16,241 bases of DNA from assembly GCA_035715365.1 (NCBI GenBank), contig DASTLB010000022.1, positions 1 to 16,241 on the forward strand, written 5' to 3'. The position numbers and the translations under genes were made by a program. The stretch comes from Kofleriaceae bacterium (GTDB lineage Bacteria > Myxococcota_A > Polyangia > Haliangiales > Haliangiaceae). The notes under the pieces were generated by a model. That model was not told where the DNA came from and ran no database searches. It saw only the letters and a list, made by a program, of their open reading frames with translations. This document shows positions 1 to 7,287 of this stretch, in pieces. Within the stretch, counting starts at the first letter, position 1; the number at the start of each line of letters is the position of its first letter.

Positions 1-854
1 GCGAGCTGCGCAGCTCGCGCTTCGCGATACGCGGCCCGGAACTCGCGGCTGCGCGCCGCGCACTCCTGCTGGCGCAGCTTGTCGCGCGTCGCGCGCGTCG
101 GCTTCACGCGGTTGCGCTTGAGCTTCCACTGGCGGTGGTTCGGGTCCTGCGGCGGAAAGTCCTCCCACGACTGCGTGCGTGCGCGATCGCGGCCGACGGG
201 CCGGCGGCCCTTCTTCGCGTGGTGCGCGAGCCAGTACTCGTGCGCGAAGTCCATGTGGTCCTTGATGTCCGCGAGCAGCTCGGCGCGCGTCCGCCCGTTG
301 AGGAGCTCGGGCGGCAGCTTCATGCGCAGCTCGACCTCGTCGGGTTGCCGCTCGGTCGCGATCGGGCGGAAGAACATCCGCGGCCGGCGGACCTTGATCG
401 CCGTGCCGTTCATCAGGTTGCGGTACGTGTTCACGCCCGGCCACTGCCGCGCGTCGGCGACCATGTTGTGGCGGACCGGATTGACGAGCGTGTAGCAGAT
501 CTTCTCGATCACGGCCGCGCGGTCCGCGAGCCACACGACGTTGACCTGCTCCGACGACCAGAAGTTCTCCCGGCGCTTGTTGCGCACGAGGTTCATGCAG
601 CGCGCGGTGAGGCGGTGGAAGTTCTCGAGGAACTCGGGATAGCGGCCGTCACGATCGAAGATCACCGTGTGGTGGTGGTTCGACATCGCACACGTGGCGA
701 TGACGTCGATCTTGTAGTGGTCCGCCGAGGTGGCGAGGCAGTACGCGAACACGTCGTTCGTGACCTTGTCGGGGCGCAGCAGGAACTGCCGCTGCGCGCA
801 GCGCCGGGTGATGAGGTAGAAGCGGCCGGGGACGACTTCGCGGGGGCGTGTCAT
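1..854 (-). CDS. HUH-superfamily Y1 transposase (IS200/IS605 TnpA / RAYT-like, COG1943-type). It is partial: the C-terminus runs off the window's left edge, giving at least 284 aa with no stop in frame.
   Basis: Minus-strand frame starting at ATG 854..852 translates MTRPREVVPGRFYLITRRCAQRQFLLRP. An HUH motif SNHHHTVIF (residues 50–58) was verified in frame at nt 662–680. A catalytic-Tyr block CYTLVNPVRHNMV (Y-x3-NPV, residues 111–123) lies ~60 residues after the HUH, as in IS200 TnpA and RAYT. It is missing from the ORF track because it has no stop inside the window. Confidence 0.6.
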   Translation of the reverse strand, partial: MTRPREVVPGRFYLITRRCAQRQFLLRPDKVTNDVFAYCLATSADHYKIDVIATCAMSNHHHTVIFDRDGRYPEFLENFHRLTARCMNLVRNKRRENFWSSEQVNVVWLADRAAVIEKICYTLVNPVRHNMVADARQWPGVNTYRNLMNGTAIKVRRPRMFFRPIATERQPDEVELRMKLPPELLNGRTRAELLADIKDHMDFAHEYWLAHHAKKGRRPVGRDRARTQSWEDFPPQDPNHRQWKLKRNRVKPTRATRDKLRQQECAARSREFRAAYREARAAQL

Positions 855-894
855 GGTGCGCCGCTCATCGGCCGCACCCGATCCCGGTTGCGGG

Positions 895-920
895 AAAAAC
901 GATACCCCGGACCGTTCCGG
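895..920 (-). terminator. Candidate intrinsic terminator downstream of the GDSL hydrolase gene.
   Basis: On the minus-strand transcript the hairpin CCGGA-acgg-TCCGG (plus strand 907–920) is followed by GGUAUCGUUUUU (plus-strand A-run 895–899). The stem is only 5 bp, so the call is weak. Confidence 0.25.
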
Positions 921-954
921 AGTAGCCTGGGATTCTGCGGCGTTGCGCGCGAAG

Positions 955-2133
955 TCAGCGCACCAGGCCGGCGAACAGGGCCTCGGCGATCCGGGCTGCG
1001 CCCTGGGTCGTCGGGTGCTGGAAGTCTTTGACGACCCAGCCGCGCTGGAACCAGGTGCGCGAGGCGCCGCGGCCGCCCATCCAGTCGTAGGTGTCCCAGA
1101 AGGCGCAGCCCTCGGCGGTGGCGGCGCGGTGCTGGGCTTCGACCATCGCGGGGATCGCGTCGCGCGGTGGCAGCTTGGGGTCGTGCCAGTCGAGCTGGTC
1201 GAGCGGCGAGATGACGAGGCAGCTCGAGTGCGGGTTCGCGCCGCGGATGGATTGCAGGAGCTCGTGGAAGACCTGCTCGTGCTCGACCATGCTCTGGCCC
1301 TTGGGGGCGAGCCACTCGGCCTCGTTGGTTCCGAGCATCACGATCACGAGGTCGGAGCCGCGATGCGCGAGCTGGTTGCGGAGGTGCTCGGGCATGTCGT
1401 GGCGGAGGAGGGCCTTCGCGGTCGCGTTCACGACGCCGAGGTTGTCGACGACGATGCCCTTCGCGGCCTCGAGCGAGGCGCCGAACAGGCGGACCTTGCC
1501 GCGCGCGCGCAGCTCGAGCTTCCTGGAGGCGGCCGGGAGCTCGACGCGCGAGAAGGCGGCCTTCTTCTTTTCGCCGGCGGTCTCGACGTCCTGGATCACC
1601 TGGCCGTCGGCGACGATCGCGAACGAGCCGCCGTGCGGTTGCTCGAGGTAGTGGACGTCGACGGTCGTGATCGGCGTCGTGGGGACGAGCTTGATCGTGC
1701 CGCTGCCTTCGGCGCTGCCGCCGAGACCGAGCAGGCGATCGGGGGTGCCGATCGTGGAGATACCGTTGACCTGCCACGTACCGCTCGCGACGCGCAGCAC
1801 GCCGTTGTGGTGGCAGTACGGGTGCGGCTCGGCGGCCCACACGAAGCCGGGACCGCCGGCACCGACGAGCTCGCCGAGCTTGTCGCGCAGCGCCTGCGGG
1901 ATGTGATCGTCGGCGGTGAGCGAGTCACCGAAGTAGGAGATGCGCAGCGGGCGCTCGGCCTTGCCGGTCTTTTGCTGCGCGAGGGCTTCGGTGAAGTGGT
2001 CGAGCGCGTGGCGCTTGCAGCTCGCGTCGAGACAGGTGTCGTCGAGCTTCGCCGCGGGGACCGGGTCTCGTCGCGGCGATGCATCCGCGATCGCGACGAG
2101 CCCGAGCAGCAGGAACCCAGCACGGAGCCGCAC
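955..2133 (-). CDS. Secreted SGNH/GDSL-family hydrolase (lipase/esterase-like).
   Basis: 392-aa ORF. Block I ISYFGDSLTADD; block III VIVMLGTNE; block V DFQHPTTQGAARIAEAL (DxxH). The N-terminus VRLRAGFLLLGLVAIADA is a signal peptide. The start is GTG 2133; an out-of-frame ATG lies 10 nt upstream (see findings). Confidence 0.75.
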   Translation of the reverse strand: MRLRAGFLLLGLVAIADASPRRDPVPAAKLDDTCLDASCKRHALDHFTEALAQQKTGKAERPLRISYFGDSLTADDHIPQALRDKLGELVGAGGPGFVWAAEPHPYCHHNGVLRVASGTWQVNGISTIGTPDRLLGLGGSAEGSGTIKLVPTTPITTVDVHYLEQPHGGSFAIVADGQVIQDVETAGEKKKAAFSRVELPAASRKLELRARGKVRLFGASLEAAKGIVVDNLGVVNATAKALLRHDMPEHLRNQLAHRGSDLVIVMLGTNEAEWLAPKGQSMVEHEQVFHELLQSIRGANPHSSCLVISPLDQLDWHDPKLPPRDAIPAMVEAQHRAATAEGCAFWDTYDWMGGRGASRTWFQRGWVVKDFQHPTTQGAARIAEALFAGLVR

Positions 2134-2184
2134 GGCTCGTCATGCTAGCACCGCTCCGGACGGCGGCCGGGCGGTGGCGCGCGC

Positions 2185-4038
2185 TCACTCGGTCGATCGC
2201 TTCAAGATCAGGAAGTCGACACGTCGGTTCTTCGCCCACGCGGCCTCGGTGTGCGCCTTCTCGACGGGCTGGGTCTCGCCGTAGCCCTGCGACTCGAGGC
2301 GTTTGTCCTCGACGCCGTGCTCGATCAGGTACTGCTTCACCGCGGCGGCGCGGCGGATCGAGAGGTCGAGGTTGTAGGCGTCGTCGCCGCGCTCGTCGGT
2401 GTGACCGGCGACCTCGACGAGCGTGATGTCCGGGTTGCCCTTCAGCGATGCGACCACGGCGTCGAGGATGTGGAAGCTGTCCGACTTGATCACGGCCTTG
2501 TTGAACTCGAAGTTGATCGGCTCGAGGATCACGAGCTGCGAGCCCTTGTCGATCACCGGGCCGCGATCCGGACAGCCGTCGGTGTCATCGACGCCGTTGT
2601 AGACCTCCTTCTCGTTCGGGCAGCGATCGTTGACGTCGAGGATGCGGTCCTTGTCGTTGTCGGTGTCCGGGCAGCCGTCCTCGTCCTCGAACTTGTCCCA
2701 GTCCTCCGGCGTGTCGGGGCAGAGGTCGTCGACGTCGAGGATCTTGTCGTTGTCGTTATCGTTGTCCGGGCAGCCGTCGTCGTCCTGGAAGCCGTCGTAG
2801 TCCTCCGGCTCGTCGGGACACTTGTCGACGGTGTCGTCGATCTTGTCGCCGTCGCGATCGTTCGCGGTGCCGTCGGGGCAACCGTCGGCATCCTGAAAGC
2901 CGTTGTAGTTCTCCGGGATCAACGGGCACTTGTCGTCGACGTCGAGGATGCGATCGCGATCGTTGTCCGGATCGGGGCAGCCGTCCTCGTCCTCGAAGTC
3001 GTCGCGATCCTCGGGCTCGGTCGGGCAGCGATCGACATCGTCCTTGAGGCCGTCGCCGTCGCGATCGCCGAGGTTCGGCTCGAACACGATGCCGACGAAC
3101 GCGCGCAGGTCGGGGTTCGCGCCCTTGCTCGGTGCGAGCCCGCGGCCGCCGCCGAGCGACAGGTAGCTGTTGCGCGCGAGGTAGAGCTTGACGCCGCCGA
3201 TTGCCTCGAGCGGCTGGTACGCCTCGCTGTTGCCGAGCGGCAGCGCGCCGAACACCTCGGCGACGACATCGAACTTCTGCGGTGTCACCGCGTACGCGAT
3301 GCCGAACCCGAACGGGATCTCCGGGCCGGCGCTGATCGTCTGGTTCGTCGGCGGCGCGCCCATGTCGCCGAGATCGGTGAACGTCGACTCCGGGCGCAGC
3401 CGGATGCCGGCGTTGATCGCCATGCGGAGCCGGCGCTCGCGGCCGAATTCCTTGTCGAGGATGCCGACGAGCTGCGGCGTCAGCTTCTTCTCGCCCATGA
3501 AGCGCTCGGGGCTCGCGGTCGGCAGGAACACGCTCGCGACCACGCCGAGCCCGACGCCGGGCGGCCGGCTCGACTTGAGGAACCGCGTCTTCAGGTGGAG
3601 GCCGGCGTTGCCGATGCCTTGACCGTCGAGCTTGTAGTCCTGATCGTCGTTCGGGTTGTCGAGCGCGCCGAGGTTGTCGGGGCCGCGATCGCCGGACAGG
3701 ATCGTGAGCGGCAGCGACGCGCCGAGCTCGAGATCCGCGGGCCCGAGCTTCAGGCCATACGCGGCGATCAGCGTCGCGGTCACGATGTTGTCGACGCTGT
3801 ACGTCGCATCGCCGCTCTGGAACGCGAGCAGGCGGTGGCCCCACGACAGCGAGCCGAGGCCGAACGAGACCTCGTTCTTGCCGAGCGTCTGCGACGCGTT
3901 GATCGTCAGGTAGCCGCGCGAGTCGATCGCCGGTCGAAACGGCTCGAGTGCGAGGTCGCCGGCGGGTTGGGCCGACGCGCTCGCGCTCAGCGTGCACAGA
4001 ACTGCAGACAGACGAAGGGCCGTGGCCAGGCGTGGCAT
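2185..4038 (-). CDS. OmpA-family outer-membrane protein: N-terminal beta-barrel-like region, about seven thrombospondin type-3 (TSP3) Ca-binding repeats, and a C-terminal OmpA peptidoglycan-binding domain.
   Basis: The start is moved to the internal ATG 4038, which gives the signal peptide MPRLATALRLSAVLCTLSASASA and a good SD (aaaggaacgtccATG). Repeated DxDxDGxxDxxDxCP units occur (e.g. DRDGDGLKDDVDRCP, DNDRDRILDVDDKCP). The C-terminus VEVAGHTDERGDDAYNLDLSIRRAAAVKQYL…NRRVDF is a canonical OmpA domain. Confidence 0.85.
   Translation of the reverse strand: MPRLATALRLSAVLCTLSASASAQPAGDLALEPFRPAIDSRGYLTINASQTLGKNEVSFGLGSLSWGHRLLAFQSGDATYSVDNIVTATLIAAYGLKLGPADLELGASLPLTILSGDRGPDNLGALDNPNDDQDYKLDGQGIGNAGLHLKTRFLKSSRPPGVGLGVVASVFLPTASPERFMGEKKLTPQLVGILDKEFGRERRLRMAINAGIRLRPESTFTDLGDMGAPPTNQTISAGPEIPFGFGIAYAVTPQKFDVVAEVFGALPLGNSEAYQPLEAIGGVKLYLARNSYLSLGGGRGLAPSKGANPDLRAFVGIVFEPNLGDRDGDGLKDDVDRCPTEPEDRDDFEDEDGCPDPDNDRDRILDVDDKCPLIPENYNGFQDADGCPDGTANDRDGDKIDDTVDKCPDEPEDYDGFQDDDGCPDNDNDNDKILDVDDLCPDTPEDWDKFEDEDGCPDTDNDKDRILDVNDRCPNEKEVYNGVDDTDGCPDRGPVIDKGSQLVILEPINFEFNKAVIKSDSFHILDAVVASLKGNPDITLVEVAGHTDERGDDAYNLDLSIRRAAAVKQYLIEHGVEDKRLESQGYGETQPVEKAHTEAAWAKNRRVDFLILKRSTE
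2545..3075 (-). repeat. In-frame tandem coding repeats (TSP3 units of about 70–100 nt) inside the OmpA-family gene.
   Basis: Recurring nucleotide blocks (gtccgggcagccgtcctcgtcctcgaa… / gtcgtcgacgtcgaggat…) correspond to DxDxDG…CPD peptide repeats. Confidence 0.7.
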
Positions 4039-4205
4039 GGACGTTCCTTTGGCAAGCGCGGTCACCGAAATCACGGCGGCCACGCGACGGGGATTGTCCA
4101 GAAAGTGCACGGACAGCTCGTCCGGGTTACACGCGTCGATCTCGCCGGGAGCGCACGCGTTTTGGGGTTGCACGATGGCGCGCGTCCCGCATACCACCGC
4201 ACTCC

Positions 4206-5516
4206 ATGTACAGCACGCTCGACTCGATCGACATCGTCGCGACCGACAAGGCCACCGGCCAGGAGATCTACGTCCAGACCGATCATCGCCAGCGTGACGA
4301 GCTCGAGTCCGAGCCCGAGATCACCGTGCTGTTCGGGCTGACGCGCATCCTCAAGGCGCACGAGTACGCGGCGAACAAGGGTGCGAAGGGACGCGTCGTG
4401 TACGCCGGGTTCGCCGACGATCCGCCGGCGTTCTTGCTCGAGCTGATCGCGGTCGCGGGCGGCGAGTACGAGCGCGCGAGCGATCAGACGTACCTGCCGC
4501 TGCAGGCGTCGAAGCGCACCGCGTCCGAGCTCGCCGACGAGGCGTATCGCGGGCTCGCGAAGCGCGTGCAGGAGCGCGTCGGGCTGAGCGACTGGGCCGC
4601 GGTGCTCAACGCGCTCCAGGCCGAGACGCTGACCGAGCCGCCGGACAAGGACGAGGATCAGATCGGCTACTGGACGCGCGTCGCCGAGCTCGCGGCCGTG
4701 ACCGGTGAGCTGCTGCGCGGCCGCAACCAGGGCAAGTGGGTGCAGATGGCCGAAGCCGACATCCCGTTCGGCTTCCAGTGCTCCGACGGCTCGGTGCTGC
4801 TGCCGACGAACCGTGCCCAGCGGTTCATCGCCGACGGCGAGGACGAGTCGATGTTCCGGCTGATCGAGCTCGACAACGATCGCGAGGCGATCACGAACGG
4901 CCCGCGCACGATGCTGCCGAGCTTGCGCGCGAAGTCCGATGCGCTGCGCGAGAAGATGGTGCACCGCGCGCTGCTGCAGAACGCCGGCGACAACCCCGAC
5001 ATCCCCGTGATCGTGTACGGCAACGACACGCCGCAGTCGTTCGGCATCATGAAGGAGCCGACGACCGAGGACGTCGAGAAGATCCACGCCGAGGCGCTCG
5101 CGAACATCGCGAAGCAGGAAGTCACCGTCGACGACGTCGAGGTCGGTGGCGTCAAGGTGCTCGCGGTCAGCGGCAGCTTCTACGCGACCGAGAAGCTGCT
5201 CGACGTCGCGTTCATGAAGACGCTGCACCGCCGGCTCGGCAACGAGATGCTCGTCGCGAGCGTGCCGCGGCGCGGCCTGATGTTCGTCGCGAACGGCGTC
5301 GATCCCGATCCGCGCCAGGTCGCGACCGTGCTCCGCGTGATGACCGATCACGAGTCGGGCACGACGCGCAGCATCAGCAAGGCGCTGCTGATCGTGATGA
5401 ACGGCGACGTCGTCGGGCACGTCCAGATGCAGACGTCCGAGGACGGCGAGCCGCCGATGCCGCCGCCCGAGAAGAAGAAGCCGAGCTTCTTGCGCCGGCT
5501 GTTCGGTCGCGCGTAA
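4206..5516 (+). CDS. Conserved hypothetical cytoplasmic protein of 436 aa. Its C-terminal third may be DUF1444/YtpQ-like (low confidence).
   Basis: High GC3 and a coding-like frame with no signal peptide. The first ATG not overlapping the divergent gene (4206) gives MYSTLDSIDIVATDK. The C-terminal pattern LLDVAFMKTLHRRLGNEMLVASVPRRGLMFVANG…ALLIVMNGDVVGHV is recalled similarity only. No named catalytic motif was found. Confidence 0.55.
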   Translation: MYSTLDSIDIVATDKATGQEIYVQTDHRQRDELESEPEITVLFGLTRILKAHEYAANKGAKGRVVYAGFADDPPAFLLELIAVAGGEYERASDQTYLPLQASKRTASELADEAYRGLAKRVQERVGLSDWAAVLNALQAETLTEPPDKDEDQIGYWTRVAELAAVTGELLRGRNQGKWVQMAEADIPFGFQCSDGSVLLPTNRAQRFIADGEDESMFRLIELDNDREAITNGPRTMLPSLRAKSDALREKMVHRALLQNAGDNPDIPVIVYGNDTPQSFGIMKEPTTEDVEKIHAEALANIAKQEVTVDDVEVGGVKVLAVSGSFYATEKLLDVAFMKTLHRRLGNEMLVASVPRRGLMFVANGVDPDPRQVATVLRVMTDHESGTTRSISKALLIVMNGDVVGHVQMQTSEDGEPPMPPPEKKKPSFLRRLFGRA

Positions 5517-5518
5517 TC

Positions 5519-5526
5519 AGGAGGGG
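5519..5526 (+). promoter_or_regulatory. Shine-Dalgarno sequence (AGGAGGGG) for the DUF481-like gene, placed 2 nt after the stop of the upstream gene.
   Basis: gcgTAAtcAGGAGGggATG. This supports translational coupling of 4206..5516 with 5527..6306. Confidence 0.5.
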
Positions 5527-6306
5527 ATGTGCAAGTGGTTCGTCGCGGTGACGCTCGTCATCGTGTCGGCGTGGTCGCGTCCCGCGAGCGCGCAGATCGT
5601 CAATGTCCAGGGCCAGCTCGCAAAGCCGCCCGCCACCGACGGCGCGCGCGCCCAGCTCGAGCTCGCGCTCAACTGGCGCGAAGGTAATAACCCGATCTTC
5701 GAGGGGGCGGCAGCCGGCGCGGTGCTCGTCCGCGAAGGTCGCGGGCTGTACCTGCTGATCGCGCGCGGCGAGTACGGCGAGAGCCGCGGCGTCACGCTCG
5801 CGCGCAAGACGTTCGAGCACCTGCGCGCCCGGGTCTCGATCGACGGCCCGTGGAAGTGGGAGGCGTTCCTGCAGCACGAGTACGACGCGTTCCGCCGGCT
5901 CAGCGTGCGCGGCGTCGCCGGCACCGGCCCGGCGTACCAGATCGTCGACGAGAAGACCGTCACGATGCTCGCTGGCGCGGCGGTGATGGCCGAGTACGAG
6001 GCCCTCGACGACCGCGCCGGCACGATCGACGCCGGCGAGACGAGCCTCGTCGCGCGCGCGTCGCTCTACGTCACCGGCACCGAGTCGATCGGCGAAGGCG
6101 TGTCGATCGTCGAGACCGTCTACGTCCAGCCTCGGCTCGACGAGCCCGGCGACGTCCGGCTGCTCGGCGAGCTCGCGGTGACGAGCAAGCTGAGCAAGCG
6201 CGTCGCCCTCACCGACGGCCTCACGGTCGCCTACGACCGAACGCCGCCCGACGGGATCAAGACGTACGACACGCAGCTCAAGGTCGGCGTGATCGTCACG
6301 TTCTGA
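5527..6306 (+). CDS. Outer-membrane beta-barrel protein, DUF481 (YdiY-like) candidate.
   Basis: 259 aa. Signal peptide MCKWFVAVTLVIVSAWSRPASAQ. Alternating amphipathic beta-strand pattern. C-terminal …KVGVIVTF ends in an aromatic residue typical of the OMP beta-signal. Size matches DUF481 proteins. Confidence 0.55.
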   Translation: MCKWFVAVTLVIVSAWSRPASAQIVNVQGQLAKPPATDGARAQLELALNWREGNNPIFEGAAAGAVLVREGRGLYLLIARGEYGESRGVTLARKTFEHLRARVSIDGPWKWEAFLQHEYDAFRRLSVRGVAGTGPAYQIVDEKTVTMLAGAAVMAEYEALDDRAGTIDAGETSLVARASLYVTGTESIGEGVSIVETVYVQPRLDEPGDVRLLGELAVTSKLSKRVALTDGLTVAYDRTPPDGIKTYDTQLKVGVIVTF

Positions 6307-6413
6307 CGCACGCACCCTCCTCGTCGCACCCTGGATCCGGCGCGGTGCCGACCCGCTGTCGCGCGAGCGCACGTGACGATCGCGCCTGCCGACACGTCGG
6401 TGCAGCGTCGGGC

Positions 6414-6437
6414 GCGAGCGGAATGGCGAGCGGAATG
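6414..6437. repeat. Perfect 12-bp tandem direct repeat (GCGAGCGGAATG x2) in the intergenic region upstream of the small tail-anchored gene pair.
   Basis: Read directly: gcgagcggaatggcgagcggaatg at 6414–6437. It is a candidate operator or direct-repeat binding site. Confidence 0.5.
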
Positions 6438-6478
6438 ACGTGCTCCGGAGGCACGACGTCTGCACTCGTCGGACGGTC

Positions 6479-6823
6479 ATGACATGGGAGCCGGAGGAAC
6501 CGACCTGCAAGATGCAGCGTGACGAGCTGCTCGGGTTGGTTCATGCATCGCGCGGAGTCGAGGTCCAGGAACCCACCTCGGTGATGTCGGCCGTCAGCCT
6601 CGAGGATCTGCTGCGGCAGGACCCCGAGCTGGCGCGCATCGCGAACGGCACACCGGCGACACCGATGCCGGCCGTCCAGCCGCCGATCACGCCGAGCGAG
6701 CCAGAAGTCCGCGTCGCCGCCGGCACCGGTACTGCGCTGCCGCCGCCGCGGCGATGGCCGGTGATCGTCGTCAGCTGTATCGTCACGCTCGGCGCCGGCG
6801 TGATGCTCGGGATGCTGATGTGA
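6479..6823 (+). CDS. Small tail-anchored membrane protein with one Rho_N-like (helix-extended-helix) motif, a Pro-rich linker and a C-terminal TM helix.
   Basis: MQRDELLGLVHASRGVEVQEPTSVMSAVSLEDLLRQD fits the Rho termination factor N-terminal domain pattern (sELxxLa…g…s.m.k.eLI..lLrq). The C-terminus WPVIVVSCIVTLGAGVMLGMLM is hydrophobic. GC3 is coding-like. The start is uncertain (ATG 6479, ATG 6512, or the track's 6440). Confidence 0.45.
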   Translation: MTWEPEEPTCKMQRDELLGLVHASRGVEVQEPTSVMSAVSLEDLLRQDPELARIANGTPATPMPAVQPPITPSEPEVRVAAGTGTALPPPRRWPVIVVSCIVTLGAGVMLGMLM

Positions 6824-7287
6824 GCGAGTCACGCGCCCCCGCACCGCCGCCTCAGCTCGCGTTGCCGATCCGCGCGCCGCGTCGACGAGCGGCCGAGGTC
6901 GCGAGCGCGCTCGGCTATCCGGCCGGCGAGTCGACCGAGTCGGAGACGCTACCCGGCAAGAAGCAGCGCCGCGAGCCCAGGCCGCTCGAGACAACCGCGC
7001 GCATGAGCCAGCCCGAGCTGCTCGAGCTCGTGAGGCTCACCTCGGGGCGGCCGCGCCGGACCTCGGAGATGCAACGTCCGGAGCTGATCGGCCTGCTGCG
7101 CCAGGACCTCGAGCTCGACGCGACGCCGGTGCCCGCGGGCGCCGAGTCGGATCGCGTCGTCGCGATCGATCCGGAGGCGACCGAGCTCGTCGGCCACCGG
7201 ACCGAGATCGAGTCGCGGCTCGCGCTCGGCGTCGCGTTTCTCGCCGCGGTGTTCACCGGCGTACTGCTGACGATCCCGTTCTGGTGA
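6820..7287 (+). CDS. Paralogous small tail-anchored protein: a Pro/Arg-rich N-terminus, a Rho_N-like motif and a C-terminal TM helix.
   Basis: The GTG start at 6820 overlaps the upstream stop (ATGTGA). MSQPELLELVRLTSGRPRRTSEMQRPELIGLLRQD is a strong Rho_N-like match. The C-terminus LALGVAFLAAVFTGVLLTIPFW is a TM helix. The start could instead be an internal ATG such as the MSQPELL Met. Confidence 0.45.
   Translation: MSESRAPAPPPQLALPIRAPRRRAAEVASALGYPAGESTESETLPGKKQRREPRPLETTARMSQPELLELVRLTSGRPRRTSEMQRPELIGLLRQDLELDATPVPAGAESDRVVAIDPEATELVGHRTEIESRLALGVAFLAAVFTGVLLTIPFW

Noticed and set aside
895-906. AT-rich patch (gggaaaaacgatacc) as a possible promoter -10 or insertion scar.
   Set aside because: It is better explained as the U-tract side of a terminator-like hairpin for the GDSL gene. 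No convincing -35/-10 pair was seen.
135-1031. 298-aa plus-strand ORF, together with 79..495.
   Set aside because: It is antisense to the HUH transposase frame, which has clear catalytic motifs. The translation is RV-rich and low-complexity.
853-2148. 431-aa plus-strand ORF, together with the 851..1840 and 1596..2123 minus-strand ORFs.
   Set aside because: They are shadow frames antisense to, or out of frame with, the GDSL hydrolase gene. Their composition is Arg/Ala/Gly-rich and low-complexity, which is typical of non-coding frames in about 70% GC DNA. They have no motifs.
2251-4341. 696-aa plus-strand ORF, together with the 2756..3997, 2553..2891 and 2919..3269 minus-strand ORFs.
   Set aside because: They are antisense to, or in alternative frames of, the OmpA/TSP3 gene. 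The repetitive V/A/D/R-rich translation mirrors the TSP3 nucleotide repeats.
4071-5420. 449-aa minus-strand ORF, together with 4736..5551 plus and 4667..5155 minus.
   Set aside because: They are shadow frames of the 4206..5516 gene and are R/A/D-rich with no domain signatures.
5374-6510. 378-aa minus-strand ORF, together with 5850..6482 plus, 5517..6023 minus and 6296..6994 minus.
   Set aside because: They overlap the DUF481-like gene and its spacer. The Arg-rich low-complexity translation and absence of an SD or signal features indicate high-GC artefacts.
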